NCBI GenBank assembly: GCA_966186155.1
Contig: CBIFVW010000001.1
Span: 3,543 to 67,542 of the forward strand
Reading direction: 5' to 3'
Source of the DNA: an uncultured Sphingomonas sp.
GTDB lineage: Bacteria > Pseudomonadota > Alphaproteobacteria > Sphingomonadales > Sphingomonadaceae
Length of the DNA: 64,000 bases
Part shown: positions 25,697 through 34,882 of the stretch, one piece after another
How the letters are laid out: every line of letters starts with the position of its first letter
Numbering within the stretch: position 1 is the first letter of the stretch
Translations under genes and position numbers: made by a program
Notes under the pieces: generated by a model
Told to the model about the DNA's origin: nothing
The model's database searches: none
The model's input: only the letters and a program-made list of their open reading frames with translations

Positions 25697-25717
25697 TCCT
25701 CCCCCTCCGGGGGAGGA
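25697..25717. repeat. solo terminal hairpin of the GC-rich repeat family (possible terminator)
   Basis: TCCTCCCCC-tcc-GGGGGAGGA followed by TTGGAA. This matches the outer end of the right arm of copy A (CCCCCTCCGGGGGAGGAATTGGAA). It lies 22 nt after the stop at 25675. Confidence 0.6.
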
Positions 25718-25859
25718 TTGGAAAAGCCGCTCGCTGAATGGCAACACAGCCTGGAGGCCATGCCACGCGGGCAACGGCTCGCCGCGATTTGGAAACGCCC
25801 TGCGGGGATGACGCAGGCAATGTGCTGGCCTAAGCTCGGACGTCCGTTCCGGAGGTCCG

Positions 25860-27263
25860 ATGTTCCGCACCGCTCTCGCCGCAGCCCTTCTCCTCGCCAC
25901 ACCCGCCGCCGCCCAGCAGCTCACGCCTGACGAGACCGCCAAGGTCGACGCGATCGTCGCGCGGGCGCTCCAGTCCTCGGGTGCGCCCTCGGCCTCCATC
26001 GCGATCGTGCGCGACGGCAGGATCGTCTATGCCAAGGCTTATGGCGACCAAGGCCCCGGCATCGCCAAGGGGCCGAGCGCCGACGCCAAATACCAGATCG
26101 CGTCGATCTCGAAGCAATTCACCGCCGCCGCGCTGCTGCTGCTCGAGGACGAGGGCAAGCTCAGCCTCGACGACAAGGTGAGCAAATGGGTGCCCGAGGT
26201 CACCGACGCGGATCAGATCACTGTTCGCCAGCTGCTCAGCCACACCGCCGGGATCCAGGACTATTGGCCGCAGGACTATGACTTCGCCGCGATGGAGAAG
26301 CCGGTCACGCCGCAGCAGATCCTCGACCGCTGGGCGAAGAAGCCGCTCGACTTCGCGCCTGGCACCGCCTGGCAATATTCGAACACCGGCTATGTCGTCG
26401 CCGGCATGATCATCGAGAAGGCGTCGGGCACGACATTGCTCGACTATCTCGACAAGAAGATCTTCAAGCCGCTCGGCATGAAGGCGATGGACCAGGACTA
26501 CGCCGTCGGGAAAGGCTATCCCCAAGGCACCCATCGCTTCGCCCTCGGCCCCGTCCGCCCGGCCAAGCCCGCCGCGCATGGCTGGCTCTGGGCCGCGGGC
26601 GAGCTCGCCATGTCCGCCAGCGACCTGGCGAAGTGGGACATCGCCCGGATCGACCGCAAGATCCTGAGCGCCGAGGACTGGGCCGCGCAGGAGACCGAGG
26701 TGAAGCTCGCCGACGGCAGCGGCACGCGCTACGGCCTCGGCGTCTCGCTCGGCAGGCACGGCGCCGACCGGACCGTCGAGCATGGCGGCGAAGCGGTCGG
26801 CTTCCTTTCGGATAATGTGGTGATTCCGGCGAAGCGGTTCGCGGTGGTCGCGCTGGTCAATGCCGATTTCGGCGGAGCGCAGGACGCGATCACCGGCGGC
26901 GTCGCCGACCTGCTCTATCCGGCCGAGCAGGCGGCGCCCGCCCCCACGCTCGACCAGCAGCGCGACGCGCTCGCTCGCAAGCTCTACGACCAGCTCCGCG
27001 CCGGCACGCTCGACCGCGCGCTGCTGACGGAGGACGCCAATTACTATTTCACCCCTCAGGCCACCGCCGACTATCGGGACAGCCTGGCGCCGCTCGGTGA
27101 ACCGACCAGCTTCGCGCCGATCGGCCGCGCCCGGCTGCGCGGCGGCTTCGTCAATCGCAACTATGCGATCAGCTACGGCGATCGCCGCCTCGTCGCGATC
27201 ACCTATGCCGAGCCAGGCGCGGAGGGGAAGTTCGAGCAGTTCATCGTGCAGCCGAGGGATTGA
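25860..27263 (+). CDS. class-C beta-lactamase-like serine hydrolase (penicillin-binding-protein fold)
   Basis: 467 aa. Signal peptide MFRTALAAALLLATPAAA. SxxK motif in YQIASISKQFTAAALLLL. Downstream motif LLSHTAGI. Confidence 0.8.
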   Translation: MFRTALAAALLLATPAAAQQLTPDETAKVDAIVARALQSSGAPSASIAIVRDGRIVYAKAYGDQGPGIAKGPSADAKYQIASISKQFTAAALLLLEDEGKLSLDDKVSKWVPEVTDADQITVRQLLSHTAGIQDYWPQDYDFAAMEKPVTPQQILDRWAKKPLDFAPGTAWQYSNTGYVVAGMIIEKASGTTLLDYLDKKIFKPLGMKAMDQDYAVGKGYPQGTHRFALGPVRPAKPAAHGWLWAAGELAMSASDLAKWDIARIDRKILSAEDWAAQETEVKLADGSGTRYGLGVSLGRHGADRTVEHGGEAVGFLSDNVVIPAKRFAVVALVNADFGGAQDAITGGVADLLYPAEQAAPAPTLDQQRDALARKLYDQLRAGTLDRALLTEDANYYFTPQATADYRDSLAPLGEPTSFAPIGRARLRGGFVNRNYAISYGDRRLVAITYAEPGAEGKFEQFIVQPRD

Positions 27264-28189
27264 TGCGCCTCGCCGCGCTCGCCATCGCCGCATTGTTCGG
27301 CGCCGCGCCGGCCGATCCGGCCGCGGTTCGGCATGTCGATCCCCTGACCGTGCAGGACGACGATTTCGCGCGTCACCGCTATGCGGCGGAATGGAAGAAC
27401 CTGGCCGTCACCAGCCTCACTTTCCGCGAGGAGCGCGCCGAGTGGCGGCTCTGGCGGATCGCCAACACCAAGCACCGCAAGGGCCCGCTCTTCTTCGTGC
27501 CGCACGACAACGAGAATGCCGGGTTCGAAGCCGGCCTCGCCGCGGTGCGCAAATATGGCGGCACGCTGATCGCGGTCGATTCGGGCGTCTCGCCCGGCAA
27601 TGACGGCACAAGGATGAACCGCGCGGTCGACTATGGCCGGCCGATCGACCCCAACCGCAACTTCGACAGCGCGCTTCCCGGCTATGCGCACCGCATTCTC
27701 GCCGATCTCGCGCGCGGCGCCTGGCCGATCATCGCGCTGCACACCAACGCCAAGGGCTTCGAGACCGGCGAGTCGAAGTGCAACCGGGGCGATCCCGAAG
27801 GCCAGGGCGTGATCTCGATCCGCTTCTGCGACGACACGCTGCGCCCCAGCCCCTCGCAGCGCCGCGACTATCCGTTCGACGACGACGACACCGTCGCCTT
27901 CGCGACCTTCCTCGCCAAGGACGGCCCGAGCGCCGCCTTTTGCCGCGACGCGATGGTCGGCGCCGACTTCAACGTGGTGCAGGAGCGGGTGGTGACGAGC
28001 GACGGCTCGCTCTCCAACTATGCCGTGCTCCACGGGCTCCGATATCTGAACTTCGAGACGCTGGACCGGGGCCTCGACCCGGCGGAGCTCGCCAAGGCGC
28101 GCGACCGGCTGGGTTTCATGGTCGATCGCGCGCTCGCGATGTGCGCGCCGAAGGTGAAGCCCGTCGCGTCGAGCCCGGCGGCCCGCTGA
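27263..28189 (+). CDS. hypothetical secreted zinc-amidohydrolase-like protein (motif order resembles M14 carboxypeptidase / N-formylglutamate amidohydrolase folds)
   Basis: The ATG overlaps the upstream stop (TGATG) and follows GAGGGA. The motifs VPHDNE (HxxE), IDPNRNF (DxNRNF) and IIALHTN occur in the order of the metal/substrate motifs of those families. The assignment is tentative. Confidence 0.5.
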   Translation: MRLAALAIAALFGAAPADPAAVRHVDPLTVQDDDFARHRYAAEWKNLAVTSLTFREERAEWRLWRIANTKHRKGPLFFVPHDNENAGFEAGLAAVRKYGGTLIAVDSGVSPGNDGTRMNRAVDYGRPIDPNRNFDSALPGYAHRILADLARGAWPIIALHTNAKGFETGESKCNRGDPEGQGVISIRFCDDTLRPSPSQRRDYPFDDDDTVAFATFLAKDGPSAAFCRDAMVGADFNVVQERVVTSDGSLSNYAVLHGLRYLNFETLDRGLDPAELAKARDRLGFMVDRALAMCAPKVKPVASSPAAR

Positions 28190-28437
28190 TCGTCCGGATC
28201 GGCGCGGGGACCGATCTCGCGATCGACGCGGCGGTCGCCGGCGTCGGGATCATCACGATCTTCGAAGCCATGCTCCGCCGTCACTTCGACAGCGGCGCGC
28301 TCGTGCCGGTGCTCGAACCATGGTGGCAGAGCTTCTCCGGCCCGTTCCTCTATTGTCCCGGCCGCCGCCTCGTCCCCGCGCCGCTCCGCGCGTTCATCGA
28401 TCATGTGAAGGCGCTGCCGCCTCAGGGCAGCGCATAG
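28186..28437 (+). pseudogene. remnant of a LysR-family regulator (only the last approx. 80 codons)
   Basis: The tail of ORF 27778..28437 reads LIVRIGAGTDLAIDAAVAGVGIITIFEAMLRRHFDSGALVPVLEPWWQSFSGPFLYCPGRRLVPAPLRAFIDHVKAL. This is the canonical C-terminal LysR effector-domain end. No HTH or N-terminal two thirds is present upstream in frame. Confidence 0.6.
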
Positions 28438-30854
28438 GCGACCACTTCGTCGCCCACCGGCGTCTCCATGAAATGGTGCCCGCCGGCATAGAGGACGAGA
28501 TATTGCCGGCCGCCCACCTCATAGGTGATCGGCGTCGCCTGGCCGCCTGCGGGCAGCACGTCCTTCCACAGCGTCCTGCCGGTCCTGAGATCGATCGCGC
28601 GGATGAGGTTGTCGGTCGCCGCGGCGACGAACACGAGCCCGCCCGCGGTCACCACCGCGCCGCCATTGTTGGGCGTGCCGATCGTGACCGGCAGCATCGA
28701 GGGGATGCCGAACGGGCCGTTGGTGCGCGCCTCGCCGAAGGGGCGGTCCCAGATCGTCTTGCCCGTGGCCATGTCGATCGCCCGGATCCCGCCATAGGGC
28801 GGCTGCTTGCAGAGCAGGCCGGTGAACGGCAGCCGCCAGCCGGCATTGACGCTGATCGCATAGGGCGTGTTGGCCTGCGGATCGCCCGCGCCCTCGGCGC
28901 CGCCGATCCGCCCGCGCGCCTGGTCGCGCGGCGCCCAGCCCAGCTTGTCCGCCTCGGCGCGCGGCACCAGCCGGACATAGTTGGGCATGTCGTTGTAGTT
29001 GGCGACGATCACGCCGCGCTGCGGGTCGACCGCTATCCCGCCCCAGTCGGTCCCGCCATTGTAGCCGGGATACTGGATCGATCGCCGGTCGCTCTCGGGC
29101 GGAGTGAAGAAGCCCTTGTAGCTCGCGCGGCGGAACTGGATGCGGCAGATCATCTGGTCGATCGGCGACATGCCCCACATGTCCCGCTCGGTGAGGTCGC
29201 GCTTCCTGAGCGTGTGCCAGAGCGACACCGGCTGGATCGCGGCGCGCTGCTGGGGCTCGACGCCGCCGCCCGGCGCATGGAACGCGCCGACCGGCGTCAG
29301 CGGCCGCCCGGTGCGACGGTCGAGCACATAGATGTCGCCCTGCTTCGACGGCAGCACCAGCGCCGGCACGCCCTTGTAGTCGACCAGGGTCGCCTGCGCC
29401 CCGAAGTCATAGTCCCACACGTCCTTGCGCACCGCCTGGAAGCGCCAGCGCGGCTTGCCGGTGGTGACGTCGAGCGCGACCAGCGAAGTCGCGAAGAAAT
29501 CCTCCTCGGGCCGGCGCAGCGACGAATAATAGTCCGCCGCGGCATTGCCCATCGGCAGATAGACCAGGCCGAGCTGCTCGTCGCCGCTCGCCATCGTCCA
29601 CATGTTCGGCGTGCCGCGCGCCCATTCCTGCCCCGCGGGGGGATAGCCGTTCCAGTCCGGGTGCATCATGTCCCAGGCCCAGCGCAGCTTGCCCGTGACC
29701 GCGTCGAAGCCCTGGATCACGCCCGAGGGCGCCCAGCGGTCCTGCCCGTCGAGCACTTGGTGCCCGACGACCAGCACGCCGCGCACCAAGGTCGGCGGCG
29801 AGTTGATCGAGACGAAGCCTGGCGGGACGTTACCCATCCCCGTCTTGGCGTCGACCTGGCCGTTGGCGCCGAAATCGGCACAAGGCCGTCCGGTCCGCGC
29901 GTCGACGGCGATCAGCCGCGCGTCGAGCGTCCCTTCGATCACGCGCGCCGCGCAGGGCTGGTCCGCGGCCGCGCCGGGCACGGCGTAATGGACCACGCCG
30001 CGGCAGGCGGCGGTGTAGGGGATCGCGTCGTCGGGAACCTTGGGATCGAAGCGCCACTTCTCCTTGCCGCTCGCCGGATCGAGCGCGATCAGGATGTTCT
30101 TGGGCGTGCAGAGATAGAGGCTGTCGCCGATCTTGAGCGGCGTGTTCTCGGCGCCATAGGTCTTCCGGATCATCTCCGACGACGGCAGGTCGCCGGTATG
30201 GATCGTCCAGACCCGCCGGAGCTTGCCGACATTGGCCGGGTTGATCTGCGCGAGCGGCGAATAGCGCCGCGCGCTGGTGGTGCCGCCATAAGCGGGCCAG
30301 TCGGCACCGGTCTGCTGGCCCGAGGGATCGGCCATGCCCGCGCTGCCCGGCGCCGGCAGCCCCGCCGCCACCGCGTCGGGCTCACCGGCGGCCGCCGCCC
30401 AGAAGTTCGCGACGGTGAGCAAGAAGGCCAGCGCCACCCCGCCGAAAGCCAGGCGCCAGCGCCCGGCCGCGCGCGTGAGCGTCGGCAGCACCAGGATCAC
30501 CGCGATCAGCAGCAGCACCGGTGCGATGACGCGCGGGACCTGCGCCCAGGCATTGGCGCCGACTTCCCACCAGGCCCAGAACAGGCTCGCGAGCACGATT
30601 CCGAGGTAGAGCCAGCCGCCGATCATCCGCCCGCGCGCGAGCAGCACGCCCGCGACGAGCATCAGCACGCCGGCGGTCAGATAATAGAACGAGCCGCCCA
30701 GCACCGCGAGCCAGGCACCGCCGATGGCCAGCACCAGGCCGATCAGCGCGATCAGCGCGCCGACGATCGCCGCAGGCCAGCTCCATCGCCGCGGCTCCTC
30801 GGGAATCGGCTCGAGGAACGGGACCCGCTCGCTTTCGTGGCGCGTGTCGGTCAT
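28422..30854 (-). CDS. gcd: membrane-bound PQQ-dependent glucose/quinate-type dehydrogenase
   Basis: 810 aa. About five N-terminal TM helices are followed by a quinoprotein beta-propeller (ADWPAYGGTTSARRYSPLAQINPANVGKLRRVW, repeated W-motifs, GGVVTAGGLVFVAAATDN.IRAIDLRTGRTLWK). Confidence 0.9.
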   Translation of the reverse strand: MTDTRHESERVPFLEPIPEEPRRWSWPAAIVGALIALIGLVLAIGGAWLAVLGGSFYYLTAGVLMLVAGVLLARGRMIGGWLYLGIVLASLFWAWWEVGANAWAQVPRVIAPVLLLIAVILVLPTLTRAAGRWRLAFGGVALAFLLTVANFWAAAAGEPDAVAAGLPAPGSAGMADPSGQQTGADWPAYGGTTSARRYSPLAQINPANVGKLRRVWTIHTGDLPSSEMIRKTYGAENTPLKIGDSLYLCTPKNILIALDPASGKEKWRFDPKVPDDAIPYTAACRGVVHYAVPGAAADQPCAARVIEGTLDARLIAVDARTGRPCADFGANGQVDAKTGMGNVPPGFVSINSPPTLVRGVLVVGHQVLDGQDRWAPSGVIQGFDAVTGKLRWAWDMMHPDWNGYPPAGQEWARGTPNMWTMASGDEQLGLVYLPMGNAAADYYSSLRRPEEDFFATSLVALDVTTGKPRWRFQAVRKDVWDYDFGAQATLVDYKGVPALVLPSKQGDIYVLDRRTGRPLTPVGAFHAPGGGVEPQQRAAIQPVSLWHTLRKRDLTERDMWGMSPIDQMICRIQFRRASYKGFFTPPESDRRSIQYPGYNGGTDWGGIAVDPQRGVIVANYNDMPNYVRLVPRAEADKLGWAPRDQARGRIGGAEGAGDPQANTPYAISVNAGWRLPFTGLLCKQPPYGGIRAIDMATGKTIWDRPFGEARTNGPFGIPSMLPVTIGTPNNGGAVVTAGGLVFVAAATDNLIRAIDLRTGRTLWKDVLPAGGQATPITYEVGGRQYLVLYAGGHHFMETPVGDEVVAYALP

Positions 30855-30983
30855 CGACTCTCTCCCGCAGCGATGACGGGGTAACCGGGCGCCGCTTCAT
30901 GCGGTTCCGGCGTGAAGCAAATTTCATCTTCGCGCGATCGGCCCGGTGGCGGCTTCCGACCCTTCGCCCAGCCAACCCCAACC

Positions 30984-31088
30984 GTCATCCCGGCCTTGCG
31001 CCGGGACCCGCCAGGAGGCGAGTCATGGACAAGAGGCTCAAGTTCAGCCGGCGGGGCTGAGTGGATCCCGGCACAAGGCCGGGATGAC
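30984..31088. repeat. two inverted copies of a short hairpin repeat (GTCATCCCGGC-loop-GCCGGGA)
   Basis: GTCATCCCGGCCTTGCGCCGGGA at 30984..31006 and TCCCGGCACAAGGCCGGGATGAC at 31066..31088. Each is itself a 7-bp hairpin. They lie in the divergent gcd / aminopeptidase intergenic region. Confidence 0.8.
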
Positions 31089-31176
31089 GAAGGGTTGGGG
31101 TCGGCCGGGTCTCACGGCGTACCCAAATGTCGATCGGGGGCTAGCCCTTCTCCGCCCGGCGACCTAGATCAACCCG

Positions 31177-32571
31177 ATGCCTGATCCCGCCTCGCTCGTT
31201 CAGCCCGACAAGGGCCAAGCCGCCCGCACCATCCACATCGTCGACCCCAAGGGCTTCGACGCCTGGCTCGCCGCCCAGCCCCCGCGCCACCGCGCCGCCG
31301 CCGCCGCGCAGAAGCTGGCGCCCACCGGCTATTCGAGCGCGATCCTGCCCGGCGACGGGCCCGAGGACTGGTCGGTGGTGACCGTGGTCGCCCATGCCGA
31401 TCGGCTCACGCCCTGGTGCCTCGCCAAGCTCGCCGAGACGCTGCCCGAGGGCAGCTACCGCGTCGAGGGCCAGGATCCCGGCCGCGCCATCCATGGCTGG
31501 CTCGTCGCGCAGTACAAGTTCGACAGGTACAAGAAGGACGACAAGCCGCAGCAGGGCCCGCGCGTGCTGCTGACCGGCGACCCCGCCAAGATCGACGAGG
31601 CGGTGCGCCTCGCCGCCGTCACCTTCAAGCTGCGCGACCGGATCAACACCGGCGCCAACGACATGGGTCCGGCCGATCTCGAGGCCGCCGCCGCCGAGCT
31701 GGTCAAGGCGCATGGCGGCCAGCTCAACGTCGCGAAGGGCGCCGATGTCGAGAAGGGCTATGGCCTGATCTGGGCGGTCGGCAAGGCCGCCGGCAAGGGT
31801 CGCGAGCCGCGGCTGATCGAGATCGAATGGGGCAATCCCGAGCATCCCCGCGTCGCGATCATCGGCAAGGGCGTCTGCTTCGATTCGGGCGGGCTCGACA
31901 TCAAGCCGGCCTCGGGCATGCGGCTGATGAAGAAGGACATGGGCGGCGCCGCGCACGCGCTCGCCACCGCCGAGCTGATCATGTCCGCGCGGCTGCCCGT
32001 GCGGCTCCACATGCTCGTCCCCGCGGTCGAGAATTCGATCAACGGCGAGGCGACGCGTCCGGGCGACATCATGCGCTCGCGCAAGGGCACCACGGTCGAG
32101 AACAGCAACACCGACGCCGAGGGCCGCCTGATCCTCGCCGATGCGCTCACCAAGGCGGCCGAGGCCAAGCCCGAGCTGGTGATCGACTATGCGACGCTCA
32201 CCGGCGCCGCGCGCGTCGCGCTGGGCCCGGACCTGCAGGCGATGTTCGCCAACGACGACACGCTCGCCGCCGACCTGCTCGCCGCCGCCGAGGCCGAGGC
32301 GGATCCGATGTGGCGCCTGCCGCTCTACGATCCGTACAAGGAGATGCTCAAGTCCGACGTCGCCGACATGGTCAACGCGGCGGAGGCACCCTATGGCGGC
32401 GCGCTCACCGCGGCGCTGTTCCTCAAGGAGTTCGTCCCCGAGAAGGCGCAATGGGCGCATCTCGACATCTTCTGCTGGAACGGCAGCCACAAGCCCGGCC
32501 GGCCCAAGGGCGCCGAGGCAGTGAGCCTGAGGGCGGTGTGGAAGCTGCTCAAGGACCGCTACGCGGGCTGA
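31177..32571 (+). CDS. M17 leucyl-aminopeptidase family protein
   Basis: 464 aa. Motifs: GKGVCFDSGGLDIKP, MKKDMGGAA, and the signature NTDAEGRLILADAL. Confidence 0.9.
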   Translation: MPDPASLVQPDKGQAARTIHIVDPKGFDAWLAAQPPRHRAAAAAQKLAPTGYSSAILPGDGPEDWSVVTVVAHADRLTPWCLAKLAETLPEGSYRVEGQDPGRAIHGWLVAQYKFDRYKKDDKPQQGPRVLLTGDPAKIDEAVRLAAVTFKLRDRINTGANDMGPADLEAAAAELVKAHGGQLNVAKGADVEKGYGLIWAVGKAAGKGREPRLIEIEWGNPEHPRVAIIGKGVCFDSGGLDIKPASGMRLMKKDMGGAAHALATAELIMSARLPVRLHMLVPAVENSINGEATRPGDIMRSRKGTTVENSNTDAEGRLILADALTKAAEAKPELVIDYATLTGAARVALGPDLQAMFANDDTLAADLLAAAEAEADPMWRLPLYDPYKEMLKSDVADMVNAAEAPYGGALTAALFLKEFVPEKAQWAHLDIFCWNGSHKPGRPKGAEAVSLRAVWKLLKDRYAG

Positions 32572-32578
32572 TGCGACG

Positions 32579-34006
32579 ATGAGCACGCTCCCCTGCGACG
32601 AGGCCAGCGCCGCCGCCGCGAAGCAGGGGAAGTCCCGTCATCCGACGCTCACGCTCGCCGCCTGCATCCTCGCCTCGAGCCTGGCCTTCATCGACGGCTC
32701 GGTCACCAATGTCGCCTTGCCCGCGATCGGCGCGGACCTGCGCGCGACGCCGGCCGAGCTGCAATGGACGATCAACGCCTATCTGCTGCCGCTCTCCGCG
32801 CTGCTGCTGATCGGCGGCGCGGCGGGGGACCATTATGGCCGGCGCAAGCTGCTCGTCTGGGGCATCGCGCTGTTCGCCGCCGCCTCGGTCGCCTGTGCGG
32901 TCGCGTCGAACCTGACCCTGCTCCTCGCCGCCCGCGCGGCGCAGGGCGTGGGCGCGGCGATCCTGCTCCCCAACAGCCTCGCGACCCTGGGCCACGCCTT
33001 CACCGGCGAGGCGCGCGGCAAGGCGATCGGCACCTGGGCGGGCGTCGGGGCGATCGCAGGCGCGGTCGGACCGCCGCTCGGCGGCTGGCTGGTCGACGCG
33101 ATCGGCTGGCGCGCGATCTTCTACGTCAACGTGCCGGTGGCGCTCGCCGCGATCTTCATCGCGCTCCGCTATGTCGAGGAAAGCTCGGAGGGCGAGCTCC
33201 CGCTCGATCTGCCCGGCGCCGCCACCGCGACGCTGGCCCTCGGCGCGCTCACCTGGGCGCTCACGCTCTGGTCGAGCCACCACGCGCTCGACGCGACGGT
33301 CGCGATCGGCCTCGTCGCCGGCCTTGTCTGCACCGGGCTGTTCCTGTGGATCGAGCATCGCCGCGGCGATCGCGCCATGATGCCGGTGGCGATGTTCGGC
33401 TCGCGCGCCTTCGCCGGGCTGACCCTGCTCACCTTCCTGCTCTACGGCGCGCTCGGCGGAGTGCTGCTCCTCCTCCCTTATGTGCTGATCGAGGCGGGCG
33501 GCTATTCCGCGCTCGACGCCGGACTCGCGCTGCTGCCGATGCCGCTCGGCATGGGGCTCGCCTCGCGCGTGATGGGGCGGATCACCACCAAGGTCGGTCC
33601 GCGCTGGCCGCTCACCATCGGCGCGCTCGTCGTCGCGATAGGCTTCGCGCTGCTCGTCCTCGTCGGGCGGGACGCGCCTTATTGGACCACCGTCTTCCCC
33701 GGCGCGCTGGTGATCGCGATCGGCATGTCGTGCGTCGCGGCCCCGCTCACCACCGCGGTGCTCGCCTCGGTCGACGATACGCACAGCGGCACCGCCTCGG
33801 GCTTCAACAGCGCGATCGCGCGCACCGGCGGGCTGATCGCCACTGCGATCGCAGGCGCGGTGATCGCCGCGGCGGGGCCCCAGCTGATCGCGGCCTTCCA
33901 CGGCGGCGCGCTGGTCGGCGCGGCGATGGCCGCGCTGTCGGGAGCGACGGCCTTCCTGACGCTGGGCCCCGGTTCGCCGAAGGCGAACCGATCGCGCGAA
34001 GCCTAA
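32579..34006 (+). CDS. MFS transporter, DHA2 (EmrB/QacA, 14-TM) type
   Basis: 475 aa. LASSLAFIDGSVTNVALPAIGADL...LQWTINAYLL.LSALLLIGGAAGDHYGRRK are typical DHA2 N-terminal motifs. Confidence 0.85.
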   Translation: MSTLPCDEASAAAAKQGKSRHPTLTLAACILASSLAFIDGSVTNVALPAIGADLRATPAELQWTINAYLLPLSALLLIGGAAGDHYGRRKLLVWGIALFAAASVACAVASNLTLLLAARAAQGVGAAILLPNSLATLGHAFTGEARGKAIGTWAGVGAIAGAVGPPLGGWLVDAIGWRAIFYVNVPVALAAIFIALRYVEESSEGELPLDLPGAATATLALGALTWALTLWSSHHALDATVAIGLVAGLVCTGLFLWIEHRRGDRAMMPVAMFGSRAFAGLTLLTFLLYGALGGVLLLLPYVLIEAGGYSALDAGLALLPMPLGMGLASRVMGRITTKVGPRWPLTIGALVVAIGFALLVLVGRDAPYWTTVFPGALVIAIGMSCVAAPLTTAVLASVDDTHSGTASGFNSAIARTGGLIATAIAGAVIAAAGPQLIAAFHGGALVGAAMAALSGATAFLTLGPGSPKANRSREA

Positions 34007-34013
34007 GACAGCT

Positions 34014-34760
34014 TCAGGAAACCGACGCCGCAGCCGCGATGATCGGCGCGAACTTCTCCGCGGTCAGGCTGGCGCCGCCGACCAGCGCGCCGTCGACATT
34101 CTCGGTCCCGAGGATCGCCGCGGCATTCGCGCCGGTCACCGATCCCCCGTAGAGGATCCGGATCCCGTCGGCCGACTCGCCCACCATCATCCGGAGCTTC
34201 GCCCGCGCGATCGCGTGGATCGAGGCGATCTCGTCGAGCGTCGGCGTCCGCCCGGTGCCGATCGCCCAGCGCGGCTCATAGGCGAGTGTCAGCCAGTCGG
34301 GCGCGGCGCCGTCGGGCAGCGACTTCTCGATCTGGGACTGCACGATCCGCTCGGCGCGCCCCGCGTCGCGCTCGGCCTCGGTCTCGCCGCAGCACAGGAT
34401 CACCCTGAGCCCATGCCGATGCGCCCCCGCGGCCTTGGCCCAGGCGTCGTGGCTGGTCTCGTGCTGGTCCGCGCGCCGCTCCGAATGGCCGACGATGGTG
34501 AGCACCGCCCCCGCCTCGACCAGCATCGGTGCAGAGATGCAGCCGGTATGCGCGCCCTGATCGGCCTCGTGGACGTCCTGCGCGCCGATCGGCAGGCCGT
34601 CCGCCACGCCCGCCGCCGCATGGATCAGAGTGAAGGGGACGCAAAGCGCCACGTCCACCTGCGGGTTCGCCGCGGCCGCGGCCGCGATCGCCTCGACCTC
34701 GCCGAGCTGGGCCTTCAGCCCGAACATCTTCCAGTTCCCTGCCACCAGCTTGCGGCGCAT
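34014..34760 (-). CDS. tpiA: triosephosphate isomerase
   Basis: ATG at 34760 follows GGGAGG. Motifs: MRRKLVAGNWKM, IVGHSERR, AYEPRWAIGTG, ILYGGSV. Confidence 0.95.
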   Translation of the reverse strand: MRRKLVAGNWKMFGLKAQLGEVEAIAAAAAANPQVDVALCVPFTLIHAAAGVADGLPIGAQDVHEADQGAHTGCISAPMLVEAGAVLTIVGHSERRADQHETSHDAWAKAAGAHRHGLRVILCCGETEAERDAGRAERIVQSQIEKSLPDGAAPDWLTLAYEPRWAIGTGRTPTLDEIASIHAIARAKLRMMVGESADGIRILYGGSVTGANAAAILGTENVDGALVGGASLTAEKFAPIIAAAASVS

Positions 34761-34882
34761 CACCCAGCCTCCCTGTTCTGTTTGGAGGCGGCGATACGCA
34801 GGGCCGCGTGCGCACACAAGCTTGATGGCTGCCCTCAGCCGCCCTAAAGCACCCGCCGGAAACCCCCAACGATCGGCCCTTC

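Noticed and set aside
27778-28437. The 219-aa ORF, considered as a full-length gene.
   Set aside because: Only its last approx. 80 codons look like protein (a LysR C-terminus). The first two thirds overlap the 27263..28189 gene in another frame and translate to Arg-rich nonsense. I therefore called only the tail, as a pseudogene remnant.
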